Position numbers and translations under genes: made by a program. A stretch of 64,000 nucleotides of DNA from Albugo candida (Eukaryota): assembly GCA_040437565.1 (NCBI GenBank), contig JBDOQK010000005.1, forward strand, positions 1-64,000. The letters are read 5' to 3'. The notes under the pieces are model-generated. The model did no database searches. It was given only the letters and a program-made list of their open reading frames with translations, and was not told where the DNA came from. Shown here piece after piece: positions 36,140 through 50,200 of this stretch. Position 1 is the stretch's first letter. Each line of letters begins with the position of its first letter.

Positions 36140-38100
36140 GCTGGTGAGAGAAATGCATTACTTGTGCGGAAAGAAAGCAAGCAAAGAACAAACAGTCTCC
36201 GGTATAAACCGACCAACGAAACTGATTTGTGGACCGAGGTGGAATCAATATTTCGTCATTTTGATCGAGTAAGAATAAGCAGCTACGAAACTTCATGATT
36301 TCGTAGTTTACTTTGAGAAGCGATTTGTAAACAAGATTCATGTTCTACGCACTGATGGTCGAAAATAATACAGGAACGTCAACCTTTTCTGAAAAGAAGT
36401 GGGAGTAAGACGACAATTCAGTGAGGCCGAAATCAAGCCTTGAATGGAAAAGCTGAACGAATGCATCGAACAGTAATGAACCTAGTGTAGTCTGTGATAT
36501 TTTAAGCTCTATGGCGTTATTTATATGCAGAGATTCTGCTGATTAATCGACGCATATCCTTAGTAGGAGCTCTACCAGATAGACTAAAAAAAAATCCCTC
36601 TCAAGCTTTTTCCTGGGAAGGACATGTGTCTTGTTGATGTCGTAACACTCGGCTCACCTTGTTCATTTCGAATCCGAACTGGAAAGAAGTCTCTCGAAAA
36701 ACGAAGTGAAGGAGGCGCTGTCATTGGAAAATGTGATGAAATCAAGGGGTACAAAGTGTATTTACCCAAATCAAGACTGTGATCATTACTCATCATATCT
36801 CAAATGCGGAGTCAACGCTGGAAGGAGCAAATGGAAATGGAAATTCTGAGGGCCATCAAAAGCATTTGGCAGATGGTAACATGAGTCCTGAGGATACCAA
36901 CGCAGAAACGGAATCAGTCTCAACTGCTACAAAAAAGCGAGCGGATCTCACCAAGAAAAAGTTTAAGAAAAACATGCTTACCAGAAATCAGAAAGAAACC
37001 TGCGCTTCGGGAGATTGTATCATTGCTGACTCGGCGGGATTTGAAGCCTTACAAGCGAGAATTCAGTTCAAAAAAGCATGTCGTATGGAAGTAGGCTAAA
37101 GACGTAGAACGAGCCTCCTTGGAGGAAAATCAAATATGGACCATCATTTGCAGCAGTCATGATATTAATGACGACTGGCTCTAGCAAGGATCTGAGAAAT
37201 TCTAGGAAGGCATGGTGACGTATTAAACGCGTGCGTGAAGGCATGAACAGAAAAGAATTCAATTTGTATTTGCACGTGCCTCAATGAATGAAACATTGAT
37301 TCCGGTTGCGCCNNNNNNNNNNNNNNNNNNNNNNNNNNNNNNNNNNNNNNNNNNNNNNNNNNNNNNNNNNNNNNNNNNNNNNNNNNNNNNNNNNNNNNNN
37401 NNNNNNNNNNNNCTTGTTGATGTCGTAACACTCGGCTCACCTTGTTCATTTCGAATCCGAACTGGAAAGAAGTCTCTCGAAAAACGAAGTGAAGGAGGCG
37501 CTGTCATTGGAAAATGTGATGAAATCAAGGGGTACAAAGTGTATTTACCCAAATCAAGACTGTGATCATTACTCATCATATCTCAAATGCGGAGTCAACG
37601 CTGGAAGGAGCAAATGGAAATGGAAATTCTGAGGGCCATCAAAAGCATTTGGCAGATGGTAACATGAGTCCTGAGGATACCAACGCAGAAACGGAATCAG
37701 TCTCAACTGCTACAAAAAAGCGAGCGGATCTCACCAAGAAAAAGTTTAAGAAAAACATGCTTACCAGAAATCAGAAAGAAACCTGCGCTTCGGGAGATTG
37801 TATCATTGCTGACTCGGCGGGATTTGAAGCCTTACAAGCGAGAATTCAGTTCAAAAAAGCATGTCGTATGGAAGTAGGCTAAAGACGTAGAACGAGCCTC
37901 CTTGGAGGAAAATCAAATATGGACCATCATTTGCAGCAGTCATGATATTAATGACGACTGGCTCTAGCAAGGATCTGAGAAATTCTAGGAAGGCATGGTG
38001 ACGTATTAAACGCGTGCGTGAAGGCATGAACAGAAAAGAATTCAATTTGTATTTGCACGTGCCTCAATGAATGAAACATTGATTCCGGTTGCGCCATTCT
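36140..38100 (+). mobile_element. Copia remnant (pre-integrase, integrase, SH3-like region, start of RT)
   Basis: Motifs CITCAERKQ, HVLRTDG, NGKAERMHRT and LEKRSEGGAVIG..KGYKVY. The block 36630-37312 is repeated after the gap. Confidence 0.8.
36630..38095. other. Gap-flank duplication (assembly artefact)
   Basis: An apparently identical ~680 bp lies on both sides of a 100-N gap. The same pattern occurs at the gaps near 10457, 11818, 12677, 16222, 41713, 61795 and 63518. Confidence 0.85.
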
Positions 38101-41100
38101 GTGAGTTCTTAAGCTATTGCATAACCAGGAATCCGAACGAGGAACTGTTATCACACCGCACCTGCAATTTTGTGGGGATATAGGAAAGCAATGTTGACGC
38201 CATTGACAAACACTTCTTGCATTTTAGTGTGTAATAAAAAGTGAAAGGATTCCAGTTCATTGTGATACTTGGTTCCCTAAACAATGGATACATTTTGTAG
38301 AGAGCGCATTCGATAGAAGGATGGCCATGTTTATGACGTACACCGTGACTACTGAGATGTTGTTTCGCATCAATATTACTGAGGTGACCTAAGCACCCTC
38401 GCTTAAGCGGACCAACGGTAGATCTTGTTGCACATCAATAAGAGATAGATGGAGGGCTATAAATATTGCACGGGTAATATGAGACAGTGACGCGAAGCTC
38501 CTCATTATATGACAGAGCTGACTACGCCATTTTTATTTAGACCACTAAGCAAAACAATGAGGGCAACGTACTGGTGTGTGTAGCAATCTGCAGTGGTGAT
38601 CTGAAATTCTGAAATAACAATGCGTCGGTGATATACTGGATTCAGTAATCGTTTTTGTACTCGTAGATGCTGCACCCATGAGAGCCAATTTAATAAAAGG
38701 AATAGCTCTCGTAGCTAGGGTCAATAAACCACACGTTTTTTTTTGACGCTGATCTCCTCCATCAACTAACCTACTTCGATAAAGCTTATTGTTTGATATA
38801 GATTTTTCCAGCCACGTGATGCCTCCATCGAGTTGCGAATCTTCTGTCTGTACCAAGGTTATGGGCAGCAGATAACTATATAAATAATCAACTTAAAGTG
38901 CACATCCTCATACAACTGATTTTTCTTTGATTCAATGCAATCCAATAGCAACCCGTTCACAGCGATGGGATACTCAAGAGATAGTTCAATATTCCTATCT
39001 GGGTTGGTACAACGCTAGATAAGCTCGTTTAGATGTGATATACGTACGTATATTTGAAGCAATTTGTCCGACTGAAGTTGGTGCAGCGCATTTCTTGACT
39101 CGATTTCTAAGAGCTCACCAACTTCGTCAACCCTTGTAAGCATCTCGGTCTTTGCGACGTTTGTGTGGCGTGAACGATAAAAAGTGAGCCTCTTCTTTTG
39201 GTACAGCCATATCGTCGGCATTCGTGCTTTCAGTGAAATAATTTTTGAATGCTCCTTCCATGCTCTGGGTTTTAAAATGCATCTCTTCCTTCTATCTGCA
39301 CCTTAGTAGACATAAGCCCAGAGAAGTAATTGCTGGTAATTTGACCACGAAGTGCTCGAGATCGCACCTTCGAATCTATGTGTTAATGACTCCATGAGAT
39401 GACGCTTCCAGCTCGAGTAAGCCAGATGCATTGTCACATCTCCGTCACCGATTGGTAATCTACTTTTTCTTTACGCTTTAGGGGTGGAATTGGTCTACAA
39501 TTAACCGTTGGGGATTGGACGGAGAGTGGGGTGTTTCATCGGGGGTCCCTCATTCAACTCACCCGACAACTTAAGTATGGATTGCACCAGATTCAAGCAG
39601 TACGGACCAGGTTAGTAAAATGTGTTCGTTACAAAGAGATCGATGAAATACTTCGCATCATAAGATAGAATAGCTATACCTATGAAATTTTCTCACAGGC
39701 ATTGTCAATTCTAACCAGTCACGTAGGCCCGGAGTAGTAGAAAAGAAGACTCTCCCCGTAGACATGACCACTCCATCGACCGGAACAGCTTCTCTGAAAG
39801 TAAAAATGATTATTGGACATCCCAGGCCGTGAAGGAAACGGGAGATGTGGATGCGTTCTTCCTCCACTCTCACGACAAATACTTGGAGGAATCATATTTT
39901 CTTTTGAAAGAAACGAATACCCGAAAAAATATTGAGCCCGATGTTCCCGTCCCGCACTTCAGCTGTTGACATGCATCCATTTTTGTACCCGTCACTATAA
40001 TATTGCCGCCGGGCATTGTTGGTCGCAGGAGTATGGGCCAACACTTGACCCATCCAAATAATCATGCAACAGGAGGCCTTCAAGATTTTGTAAGGTCTCG
40101 CTGCATTCAACTTTGCACAAGGAGCGGGTGCTTTCCATCTGCGTACAGCTGCAGATAGTCTCAATATCGGGGCTTTTCGGCTTGGGTAGTTCCATGCATA
40201 TTGCGCTTTCGCATTAGCCTTATCCTTACGCAAGGACTCCTGCGGCTTGAGAGCTGGCATCATTGTACTTTCCCAACTTATAGTCAGGAAGGGATTATTG
40301 AGCATGTCACCACGACTAATATGTCATGTCTCATTTGGTCTACACTTGCACTTTCTTTTTTACGTGCATGTCACGAGGTGGTGTTGTTACCGCACGAATC
40401 ACTTCTAACACGTTGCACCGTCTTACAGGAGATGAGGTTACTTTCCACGTCAGCACAATTGAACGCCTAGACATTCAGTTGTGTGGAGATGTCAACATGA
40501 AGCATTGATGTCGAAAGCAATCAGGTGAAAAAGTTTCTTACTTAAGAAAGCGCAATATAAGCCGATAATACATCTCAACTGTCTGAATTGTCGCCTGCCT
40601 TTTTCTACTCGGATGTTATTGGATGCCATATGGATCGATAGATGTTTTTATGCTTTGTTGTACCGGTGTGTACCACAAAGGGATAGAGACTCGGAACGTT
40701 TCTACAAAATTCTTTAAGAGCATAGGCTTCATGAAATTGAAAAAAGGGATCCAATATAATGTATGCAACTACCTAAAGTTCCCCGTATTGCATTCGCACT
40801 TGATGGCTCTGCATTTGCGACGACATCGTTACCGATATGCCAAGGACTCTATAGATGGTAGCGAAGGAAGCCCTATTCAAGTCGCGGTATCTACCAATAG
40901 ATGCGGAACCAGAAAACCCATGGATCCCATTCCGCAAAGAATTCCCCACTGCTCGTCATACCATAACTTAGGAAAAGCGAAAAGCGCGTATTTCTTCAAT
41001 AAAATGTTCTTGTTTTGTATTCAAAAATCATCAGCAAGACATAGGCAGACACAAAATAGTTCCGAAATAGAAAGGAAGATTTGGGGCAACGAAAAGGTTT

Positions 41101-41900
41101 AAGATTTTCCCGCTGTGTTAGATTGATCACAAAATATCAGCTTTTCTGATTACCAAGGAATTTCCCTGGGGCATTTCAGAACTGAATGGTTGTTGATGTT
41201 TTTTGCTGATCATGTAGAGATGTTGTCCAGTCGTTTTATGGATTTGATCGGATGCTTTCGGCCGCTGCATTGGTATAAGGTGAGAGGCCCAGTGCTGATC
41301 ACTACAGAGCTTATCGTGTGCTGTTAAGGCCTGGGTTCCACACCAAGCTGCCATATTTGTCACTACCTCGTGCTTATGCAGGACGTCGCCAACACCTATG
41401 TCCACCAATATCAATTTTCTCGTTGAAATGACTGAACATGGAAAAATTAATCTTCTCGTAGTTGTCTTCCACCTTTACGAGCGAAATTTTGTTACATTTG
41501 ATATACTAGATTCTCTCACAGCTGCACGATTTTACAACGCATGCTAATTGATCGATCGAACGCAACAAATAATAAAAATATTCAAACGACTACCTCACGT
41601 ACAAAGAAAGCATAGGAGTATCAATTGAGTGGTTTGTAAAATCCACTAAGGATGGAAGTTAGTTCTGACTGAATGTTTGTATATGTTCGCTAAATCGACG
41701 AACTAGCACCGGNNNNNNNNNNNNNNNNNNNNNNNNNNNNNNNNNNNNNNNNNNNNNNNNNNNNNNNNNNNNNNNNNNNNNNNNNNNNNNNNNNNNNNNN
41801 NNNNNNNNNNNNGAAGTTAGTTCTGACTGAATGTTTGTATATGTTCGCTAAATCGACGAACTAGCACCGGAGTTAGACCATGCTTGCTGGTTGTCATTTT

Positions 41901-43650
41901 CTAGCCAAACCATTTCTCATGGCAAAATGTCAAAATATGATGCCATACATTTGATGTCGCCCTGTTTGTCGAGAAATTCAAAGAACTTTTGGTGTCTATC
42001 GTATCAGTGATAGAGTATAGATTGCCATGAACTCCAATATCAATAGAGCTGATGAGCCATTCGGCAGTGGCACGAAAAATCGGAGGAAAGAACGTGTGTG
42101 AATGAGCTGTCCAATGACGTCGAGCTTCAACAATTGCGAACGCAAGCGTTCCATGTTCTCCACTCAATTCAAGATCATCTCTGGACAAATTCCACCATCG
42201 ACCATGAACAATTATTCCTCGGCCATTAGGATCAAGCTTTGCAACATACTGATATAAGCCCGTTTCGTTGTGCATTCGGAAAGGCTGACAATACTTTATT
42301 TTTTTCCGAGACCAGCGGCCATTTATTCTGTATGGTTCACCAAGATCTATCGCTTCTGTGCACGTTCCAGTTAACCGACCATCTTGGTAAAGTTGCATCT
42401 GAACCGTTTCCTGGTACTGAAAACCTTCCGAGTCAGCTGCAACCCCACGCATGATATAGCGTCCAGCAGTGAACACTTGAATTGCATCCGAATCAATATT
42501 ACTCGCTTCTGATGCGTCCTGTTCAGTGTTTGATGTCAATACCCAATTAAATTGGCCTCGTCCTCGCTGATACTCTCTATTTGTTGAGCTATCCTCGTCG
42601 ATATTTTTCCACCATCCTGTAAGGCTTTTTCCGAGTGTCACTGGATCAGTACACAATTTTCCGTGGTAAATGAAAGTGCCTACTTGGTCCGTTATCGCAA
42701 ACTTCATTACAAATTGTACTCGCTTTGGCTTCCATGTGCCACAGATAGTGCAGATCTAGCAATATAAACAATTAATCTAAAGTGATCGTTCATTCGTCAT
42801 TGTACAAAACCTGTGGATTACAGAGCTCGCAAGAAAAGCCATTTATTGTGCCGTCCGATAAAAATTCTATCCTGCCGAGGCACTCATCGAATGTCTGTTG
42901 AATGTGACAAGTTTTGTTATCTAAAATTGAGTTTCGGGTTCGGCTGAAGCCCGTGCGCCCACGAGAAGAGCAACCAACAAAGCTATATGATCCTGCTTGT
43001 ATCTCAGAGTCTGGGATCACTGTACGTAACCAGAACTCTTTCTCAACAGCGGCTTTTCGATAAGTTCTAGTGCCACTCTCCAAACAACTAATTATTTCGT
43101 CAGTCTTGATGCTTTTATCCAGAAAATTGTCGACCCGTCGCCAACTCCCGCAGTACGTGGCCAAGAGTTTTGGTTGCCAGCAGTGTGAAATCATCAGATC
43201 TGTTGGAGTAGCTCTAGGATGCGGGAGATTGACAGTACAAATTATAGATTTCTCTAATTTCTCAGCAGAAATCACAAAATGACATCTAAACGTGTCATTA
43301 CCAGTGTTTTCTTTCTTCGTCACTATCTCGGTCCCTTTCACATAGGCGTAAGGGTGTATACAATGCTGATCCCCAAGCAGAGCGCTTCTATAGTCCGATG
43401 CTAGTTTTAAACTTGTTTCCTTTGTGTGAGGGTCAGTGATTTGCGGCGCAGATTTTTCATTATTCCGTGCTCGTTTAGAAGGTTTACCAGAGATTTGCAA
43501 AGGCTTGATCAACTCACGTAAGCCATAAATGCCACCACTAACCGATAGCGGGGCCTCTGTAGTCTCAACATTGTACTGTAACAATAGGCGGCTACCCAAA
43601 GAAACCATGTATTCGGGTAATCCTACGACATCGAACGCCAGAATCCGCAT
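41901..43650 (-). CDS. Hypothetical protein with an internal duplicated domain and a C-terminal W..H..FP..FR / F-box-like tail
   Basis: Long ORFs 42790-43689 and 41901-42707, joinable by a short intron (~42810-42757). First ATG is at 43650. Confidence 0.7.
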
Positions 43651-43745
43651 TAGCTTTGAGCTCGCGCTGTGCAGTTTTGACCAATCCAATCGAATGCTAT
43701 TAAGCTGGCACGATGTTATACATTTTACTTCGTGTTGGCAAATGG

Positions 43746-45761
43746 TTACCAGCTCTCTACAATGTAGCGTTTAGTGCGCAACAAATATTTCATCGTTTGC
43801 TCGGCTTCGGTCGGTGACATTCCCCCTTCCGACCGCAAAATTTTAATAAGGGTATCATAGACATCAGCCGGCATGCGTTTGGAAGAACCGGCAATTATAC
43901 AAACACCTTCATTGATCAAGTGATCGTATACAGCACTTTTTTGCTCTGCTAAACGCGTTTGTACGTAAATTTTGTGAGTTTGGTCGCGGGAAAAAGCTGT
44001 ATGAAGTTCCTGCAATGCTCCTGTTGAACGGTAGCCATGAAGCTCGTCGCGATACAAGTAATCTTTGTGCTCATGCCGACATCCATAGAAGAGCCCAGCT
44101 TTTCCGATAGCACCGGAATTCTCGTTCCTTAGTTCAGTCGCAGTATTCATTTGATCGTGCAAGATTTGTCGCTCTTGTAAAATTGCACGTAGTGGAGCCA
44201 ATCCAGTTCCCGGTCCAATAAGCATGACATTGCAATCTAAAGCTGGACATTTAATGCAGCCAGATTTGATCCAAAATACCATCTCTTGTCCAGGAGAGAG
44301 AGATCGAAGATACTTGGAACACACACCCACACGAAGTCGCTTATAGGGAGTCAATGTTTCCAATATCGCTACACATAGTTGAATCTAAATGCAGACACAT
44401 AAGACAAATGAATTGCAGATCGATTTGCAGCTTTGACACTCACTTTGTCTGGATGCATTAGGTAAGAAGACGCGATTGAATACGATCGTGGACGCTGTCT
44501 CGGGATCAAATGCAGCAACGTGTCCAAAGAAAGGCAGACACTCGGGAAATCTAGTAGCACTTCCACGTACGTTTTCTTCTCACGGATACAATAATCGTAA
44601 AGTAAATCCGCGCCTTCGGGTGAAGCCAGTTCTACCAGTTTTTCTCGCTTCAAATAATGACAACAGGCATCAGACACTGCAAAAAAATAAGGTTCGACAA
44701 GAAGCACGGACCTCGTCGGATACTTTGGCATAATACGAAATCCTTGAAAAAAAACTACGACGAGGAGTGCCATTTATGTCTAAATATTTCTTGAAGAGAT
44801 CATGCAGCGTGGAAAGAGCTGGCAATCTCAACAGATCTCTTGAGACGTTCTGACTTTCTTCCGGCTTTGTGTTTGCGAAAATTTTGATTAGGGACTTCGA
44901 ACCTGACGGAAGATCAGTTGTCCTTGAAACGTACTCGATCAAGTCCGAAACACATTTTTCATCATTTTCGGGATATACCACCGCAACCGATCCTGGCTGA
45001 AAGGAAAACAATCCATCGTTACAGATTATTTCAATGTGCCGAACGTCCTGTGTCCAATCTTCCGCAGTCAGTCGGTCATTACACGTCACTATGCCCCGAC
45101 GTAATCCTTTTTCTGGATTGATTGTATCTTCAGGTGGGTCAAAAAAGTTCAAAGGATTTGCCGCTGAGTACAAAAATTCATTGTACGGAAGAATTTCTAA
45201 AACAATCGCCGAATCCTCCAGGTGAATTGGATTCAGTGTGCATTGGGCTGGCCCAGGGATATCATCAATTCGATAGTAGGGTAACAGATGTGGAATTACT
45301 TGTTTCCAGAATATCTCAAGCCATGGAATGAAAGCGCCAAAGTACCCTCTGGGATGCTGATCGTCGCCTAAACCACGCGGAAGCAAGTGTTCGGCTCCAA
45401 GCTGATGCAGACGAGCGTCTAATTTTCGAGCTACTGCATTGTATTTATCGTAACTTGAATCCCCGAGTCCAAATACAGCTACTTTAACACCATCCAGCCA
45501 CCCGGAATCGAGTGATTTACGCAGTAGAAATTGCCACGCTTTCTTCATACTACCCGGCACTACTCCATCGCCAGTAGTAGCCACACAAAAGACTGCAATT
45601 TTTACACGAGGTAGATTCTGACTGACATCAAAATCATCCAGTGATTGAACGGTACAATCTGGTATATTACGTGCAATTGCCATTTCCTGGATTAGTTCAG
45701 CCGCATCGATTGCGGTTCCGGTCTCACTGCCATACAGAATCACAAGTTTGTCATTTTTCAT
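43746..45761 (-). CDS. NDOR1: NADPH-dependent diflavin oxidoreductase 1 (Tah18/NDOR1)
   Basis: LYGSETGTA, ATTGDG, GLGDSSY, GLGDDQH, RPRSYSIAS, IGPGTGLAP, YGCR, AFSRDQ, and terminal ESW. Two introns. Confidence 0.93.
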
Positions 45762-45830
45762 TGTTTGTGATACTAGTATGATTTCCAGGTGTAATTACAT
45801 GATTGATCAAGGCTGTCGAGTACGACACAA

Positions 45831-46618
45831 ATGACAGCAAACGTTCGTGATTGGCGGTAAGCAAACTTCAAGTGGGTTATCATCGCCGCATTTGATGATG
45901 ACTACTTGTTCTATAGTGGGGTAGTACGAACCCGGGATGGTGGAGATGTCGTACTGCAGAAAATTGAAAAAAGTAAAGAAACAGAGCAGCAGAGAGACGT
46001 GCAACTTGAATATGTGAAAGACGAATTTGGACGAGATATTGCTGTACCAAACAACTTGAGCAAGGGGAAGGAGAGAAAAAAGAAAAAAACTGCGAAACGA
46101 AAAGACAAAAAGACAAAGAACACAGCCTTTTATGGAACACCACCTCCAGCGGATCCATTCCGCCCTGAGGTACGTCAGACGGTGATGCCAGCTTCCGGAT
46201 CACACCTAAGACTTTATGTAGTTGGATGAAAGCCGAGTCGGGAGACGGTGATATTTGCTCTTTTTATTTAGTAAGCTCTCACTTATTGTACTATAGTAGC
46301 ATCAAGGGACGTGAAGCTCTCTCCGAAGGAATTGGCCCCAGACATCGCAAAAGATGTCGGGAGGATCGCAGCAGAAGCCCTTCATCCAGACGTCACTCAA
46401 GCCGACATAAAAAGTCATCTCATCGGTCATATAGTCCCGATTTGAGTCGTGGTCGATCACGAAGCAGATCTTCTCTATCTCACAACAAAGGGAGTTGGGA
46501 TCATAGCGGATTTGAAAACCAGAGTCCTAGTCCGGTCCGCGAAATAGACGAGTCTTACCGTCCGGAGCCAGAGCCATGGGTTTCGAGAGCGGGGGGAGTT
46601 TATATACCAAGAAAGTAA
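45831..46618 (+). CDS. Small Lys/Ser/Arg-rich (SR-like) hypothetical protein, multi-exon
   Basis: Predicted MTANVRDWR|GVVRTRDGGD, a Lys-rich stretch, RS repeats, WDHSGF and terminal WVSRAGGVYIPRK. Confidence 0.65.
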
Positions 46619-46658
46619 AAAAATTGTACTGTGCCGAAATGACGACATGGAAATCGGA

Positions 46659-47135
46659 TTAAAGCGAATTTGGCAGATGTGAGTCCTCTATCTTCAAGTT
46701 TTCATCCAGGTAGTTGGAGAGACTCTTTAATTGCTCTGAAATAAGTCTCACCTTTTCCTGAGTAATTTCCATATCCTTTTCAGCGCTGTAAGCGCTTCGT
46801 CCATACGCTCGATAATCAGATACAAGGTGTAACTGGTCTGCTAGCTCTCCATGAACCTCTTTGATAAGCTGTAGAAACTCTGTAGAGGATGTACTGAACG
46901 CTATTGAGGTGCTGTCTTCCCCAGTCCGCTGCGGTACAAGGTGATTTACAGCTGTAGCAGCAGTACGCAAAATAGACACGAGCTTCTATGGTCGATTTGT
47001 GGCATCATTCAGAGTATGCTATTGATAAATATATAAAATTACCTTCTCCGCTGCCTCCAGAGCTTGTAGAACGGTACCATAACGAGTTTCAGGTGCGACA
47101 GAGAGATAAACTTTTCCATCCAATTCCGAGTTCAT
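46659..47135 (-). CDS. MED11: Mediator subunit MED11-like protein
   Basis: Two exons: LQALEAAEK|KLVSILRTAA..EFLQLIKEVHGELADQLHLVSDYRAYGRSAY..EITQEKV, matching the plant MED11 pattern as recalled. Confidence 0.7.
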
Positions 47136-47212
47136 TTTGTCCTGTTATAACGAATCGCTTATTATATTATGACAAAAGGCTTTTGTGTCGTTTCGTGCTG
47201 CATTGAAAAAGG

Positions 47213-50200
47213 ATGGATCACACAGTGACAGTCGATTATACACGGCTTTTAGGGAATGCAAATGTCAAGGCAAGTAAATTAATTGCCAAGGAAATTATGT
47301 AATAGCTGTAACGATATCAGGTTTTCGTTCGAGCTCGTCCGTGCGCAGACGGTCAGACACCAGCAGAAGATATGTTCCAACGTAATGGCGACTCAAATAT
47401 TGTGATCAAAGTACGTTCATACCCAATATCACGACGCACACTTACAAGTTTTGTTTGAATCAACAGGATATCGATCGAATGCAGTACGGGAATCACGCGT
47501 TCAGCTTTGACAAAGTTGCAGAATTGCTTGACATACACTTTTAAGAGTTGTTGAGGAGAGCGTTTTAGATCCATTGGACAGATACGACGCAATTGGCATT
47601 TTTTGAAAGCGTTGTTGCGCTTGAGATTCTTTGTCGAAAACTCTCTTGTTGATGGGATGCTCTTAGACTAGCAAACATTTGGTCGATTGCGTGTTGAAGG
47701 GTATCAACAGCTGCTGCTTTGCGTATGGGCAAACAGGCTCGGGGAAAACATACAGGTGCCTATTTTGTTGCTTCGATGTGGAGATAGATTGCTGATGCAA
47801 CGTACGTTGTAAGTATTTTTGGGGAGTCAGGCTCAAGGAGCGGTTTACTTCCACGCTCCATTGAATATTTATTTGCCAAACCACAAGCAAAGTCGGTGGT
47901 AAGCTTCATGATTGCAGATGTCTTTTAACTCATAGTATTGTGTCGGGAAGGAAGTGACACTGGCAGTTAGCTTTCTGGAGATTTATTGTGATCGTGTGAG
48001 AGATCTCGCTAGAGAGTATGTGTGGCATAGTTGTCTTAATCGTCCTCGTCTTAGTCACAAGAATGATAGCTATTTGAAAAAGGCACACAGACAAGTCTCT
48101 TATCAGAATTCTAGCACCACAGAGTGGTTTCTACGGCAGGTTAACTATCCAAACACAAAAAGTTTGTGGCAAATTTAATTTTCTGACAATGATGGCAGAT
48201 GAGAAGCTCTGGAGGCTCTATTGGGTACGTGTTACTTCTATCTGAGCCGTGAAGGCTCAAATGATTCTCTCAGACCGATTTTGAGTGGCAATAAAGACGA
48301 TGATTACGATTATGAAAAAGGTATTTCTGTCATCATATAAGCAAGACAGCGCTTGACCGTATCATTACACGCAGCAAACTTCGAGATCCATGAAGATGCA
48401 GAAGGAAACGTGTTTGTCAAAGATTTATCTATTGTGACTGTCACATCGCGGGAGGAAGTGAGAAACGATGCTTTCTTATCAAATTATATAGACAGCCTTC
48501 ATCTCTTACAGGTGGACGCTATTATTCAATCTGGTTTACGATTGCGAGCTACCTACGAAACGAAAATGAATGCAGTGTCCTCCCGATCCCATACAGTCTT
48601 TACTCTACACATCTTCCAGCATTGTAGGGTGGCTTACGACTTTGCAATGCGGCAGTCGCTAAATTCTTTTACGAATTAGTGAAGGACACTGAGGAGATCA
48701 TTTACGGCATGCTGAATATGGTTGATCTCGCGGGGTACGTGATGCCGTCATACAATGACAGGAAGTAAGCGACCAAATTAGTTTCTAGTTCAGAACGGCT
48801 GAAGAAAAGTGAATCCGATGGGCAGAGGCTGAAAGAGGCTTTACATATAAATTCGAGCTTGAGTGCAGTTGGAAAGGTTGTAATGTCTCTGGACCCGGAA
48901 AGTGGATACAACTACATCCCGTATCGAGATTCAAAACTCACTCGACTGCTTCAGAATAGCATTGGTGCAATAAATAGCACGCTATTGTTTGGGATTGAAT
49001 TCATTGGGGCTTCTCGATAGGTGGGAATTCGATCACAATGCTGATCGCGACAATCCATCCGATGAGGGAGCATTACGAGGAGTGTCTAAGCACGCTCCAA
49101 TTCGCAAATCGATGTCGTTCGGTTCAAAATCAAGTAAGTCTGTCAAATCTTAGGCAAATTTTGATGGAAACGTATGCGATCATCGAATGAATAGCCGCGG
49201 GTGAACCACATTAACAGCTCCATCGTTGATAAAGACCGCCGTATTCGTAAATTGAACGAAGAAATCACCTCTTTGCGACGAAAAATTGACCAAATGCGAA
49301 CAGAATCCAGCAGCCGTCTCCTGAAGGCTCTTCATGTGCTTGGCTTTGACGCTCAAGAAGTCACTGAAGCTGGTGAAATCAAATTTGCTGTGCGTATTGT
49401 TTTCTGTGAGCTTCAGTGCCAAGTCTTGCTGACAGAAACGTTACAGGATGGCTCGGTGTTGCATTCTGTATTTGACGACATAGAGAGAGGCAATGCGGAC
49501 AATCAGAATGTCAAGTCGAAGGTGTTACTATCGAACACGCGTCGGGTAAATAGCATCATGCCGGGATTTCATCACAACGGTTTTGTCGCTGTTCTTTTGC
49601 ACGTGCAGCACTTGTATCATATCACTCTTGTTCCATCAGATTTGGCAAAACGAAGCCAAGAACATTTGCAGGAAAAGTATGTCAATGCGAAAAACAATTT
49701 CTCTGCCTTGATTGTACGTCCAAATACCAGAAAACGCTTTAAGACTTTGATTCCAACATGTTGCAAGTAGACGGAGACGACAAAGGAGAAAGAGAAACTG
49801 GGGAAAACAGTGTCAATGCAGAGATCACGCATCAAAGACTTGGAGTGTGTCATTGAACAAAAGCAAAAAGAATTCAGATACGCTTTGATGCACGAAAGGG
49901 CAACATCCCAAAAAGAAATGGCGCAAATTGTAGCCAACAATCAACAGCTCCTCAAGCAATCATCGCAGAACAAACACGTTGTTTACGACTCACATCGAAA
50001 TGATACAAAAAGAATCGATTACAGCGTCCAATTAACGGAGCAAATTGCAAGAATAGAAGCCTCCAAGCAATCTCAGATGGCTTTGCTCCAAGAACAGGTG
50101 ATATCTGCTTGGTGACTGCCTCATCAGAATAATGATGTGCTCTTGGTGCATCAGTGCGATCAGCTTGTGAATAGCAAGAAAATCGAAGCGAAAACGTTGC

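Noticed and set aside
36630..38095. Tandem duplication of a 106-aa ORF
   Set aside because: Apparently identical copies flank a 100-N gap, which indicates a contig-overlap artefact. The ORF is a copia integrase-RT linker.
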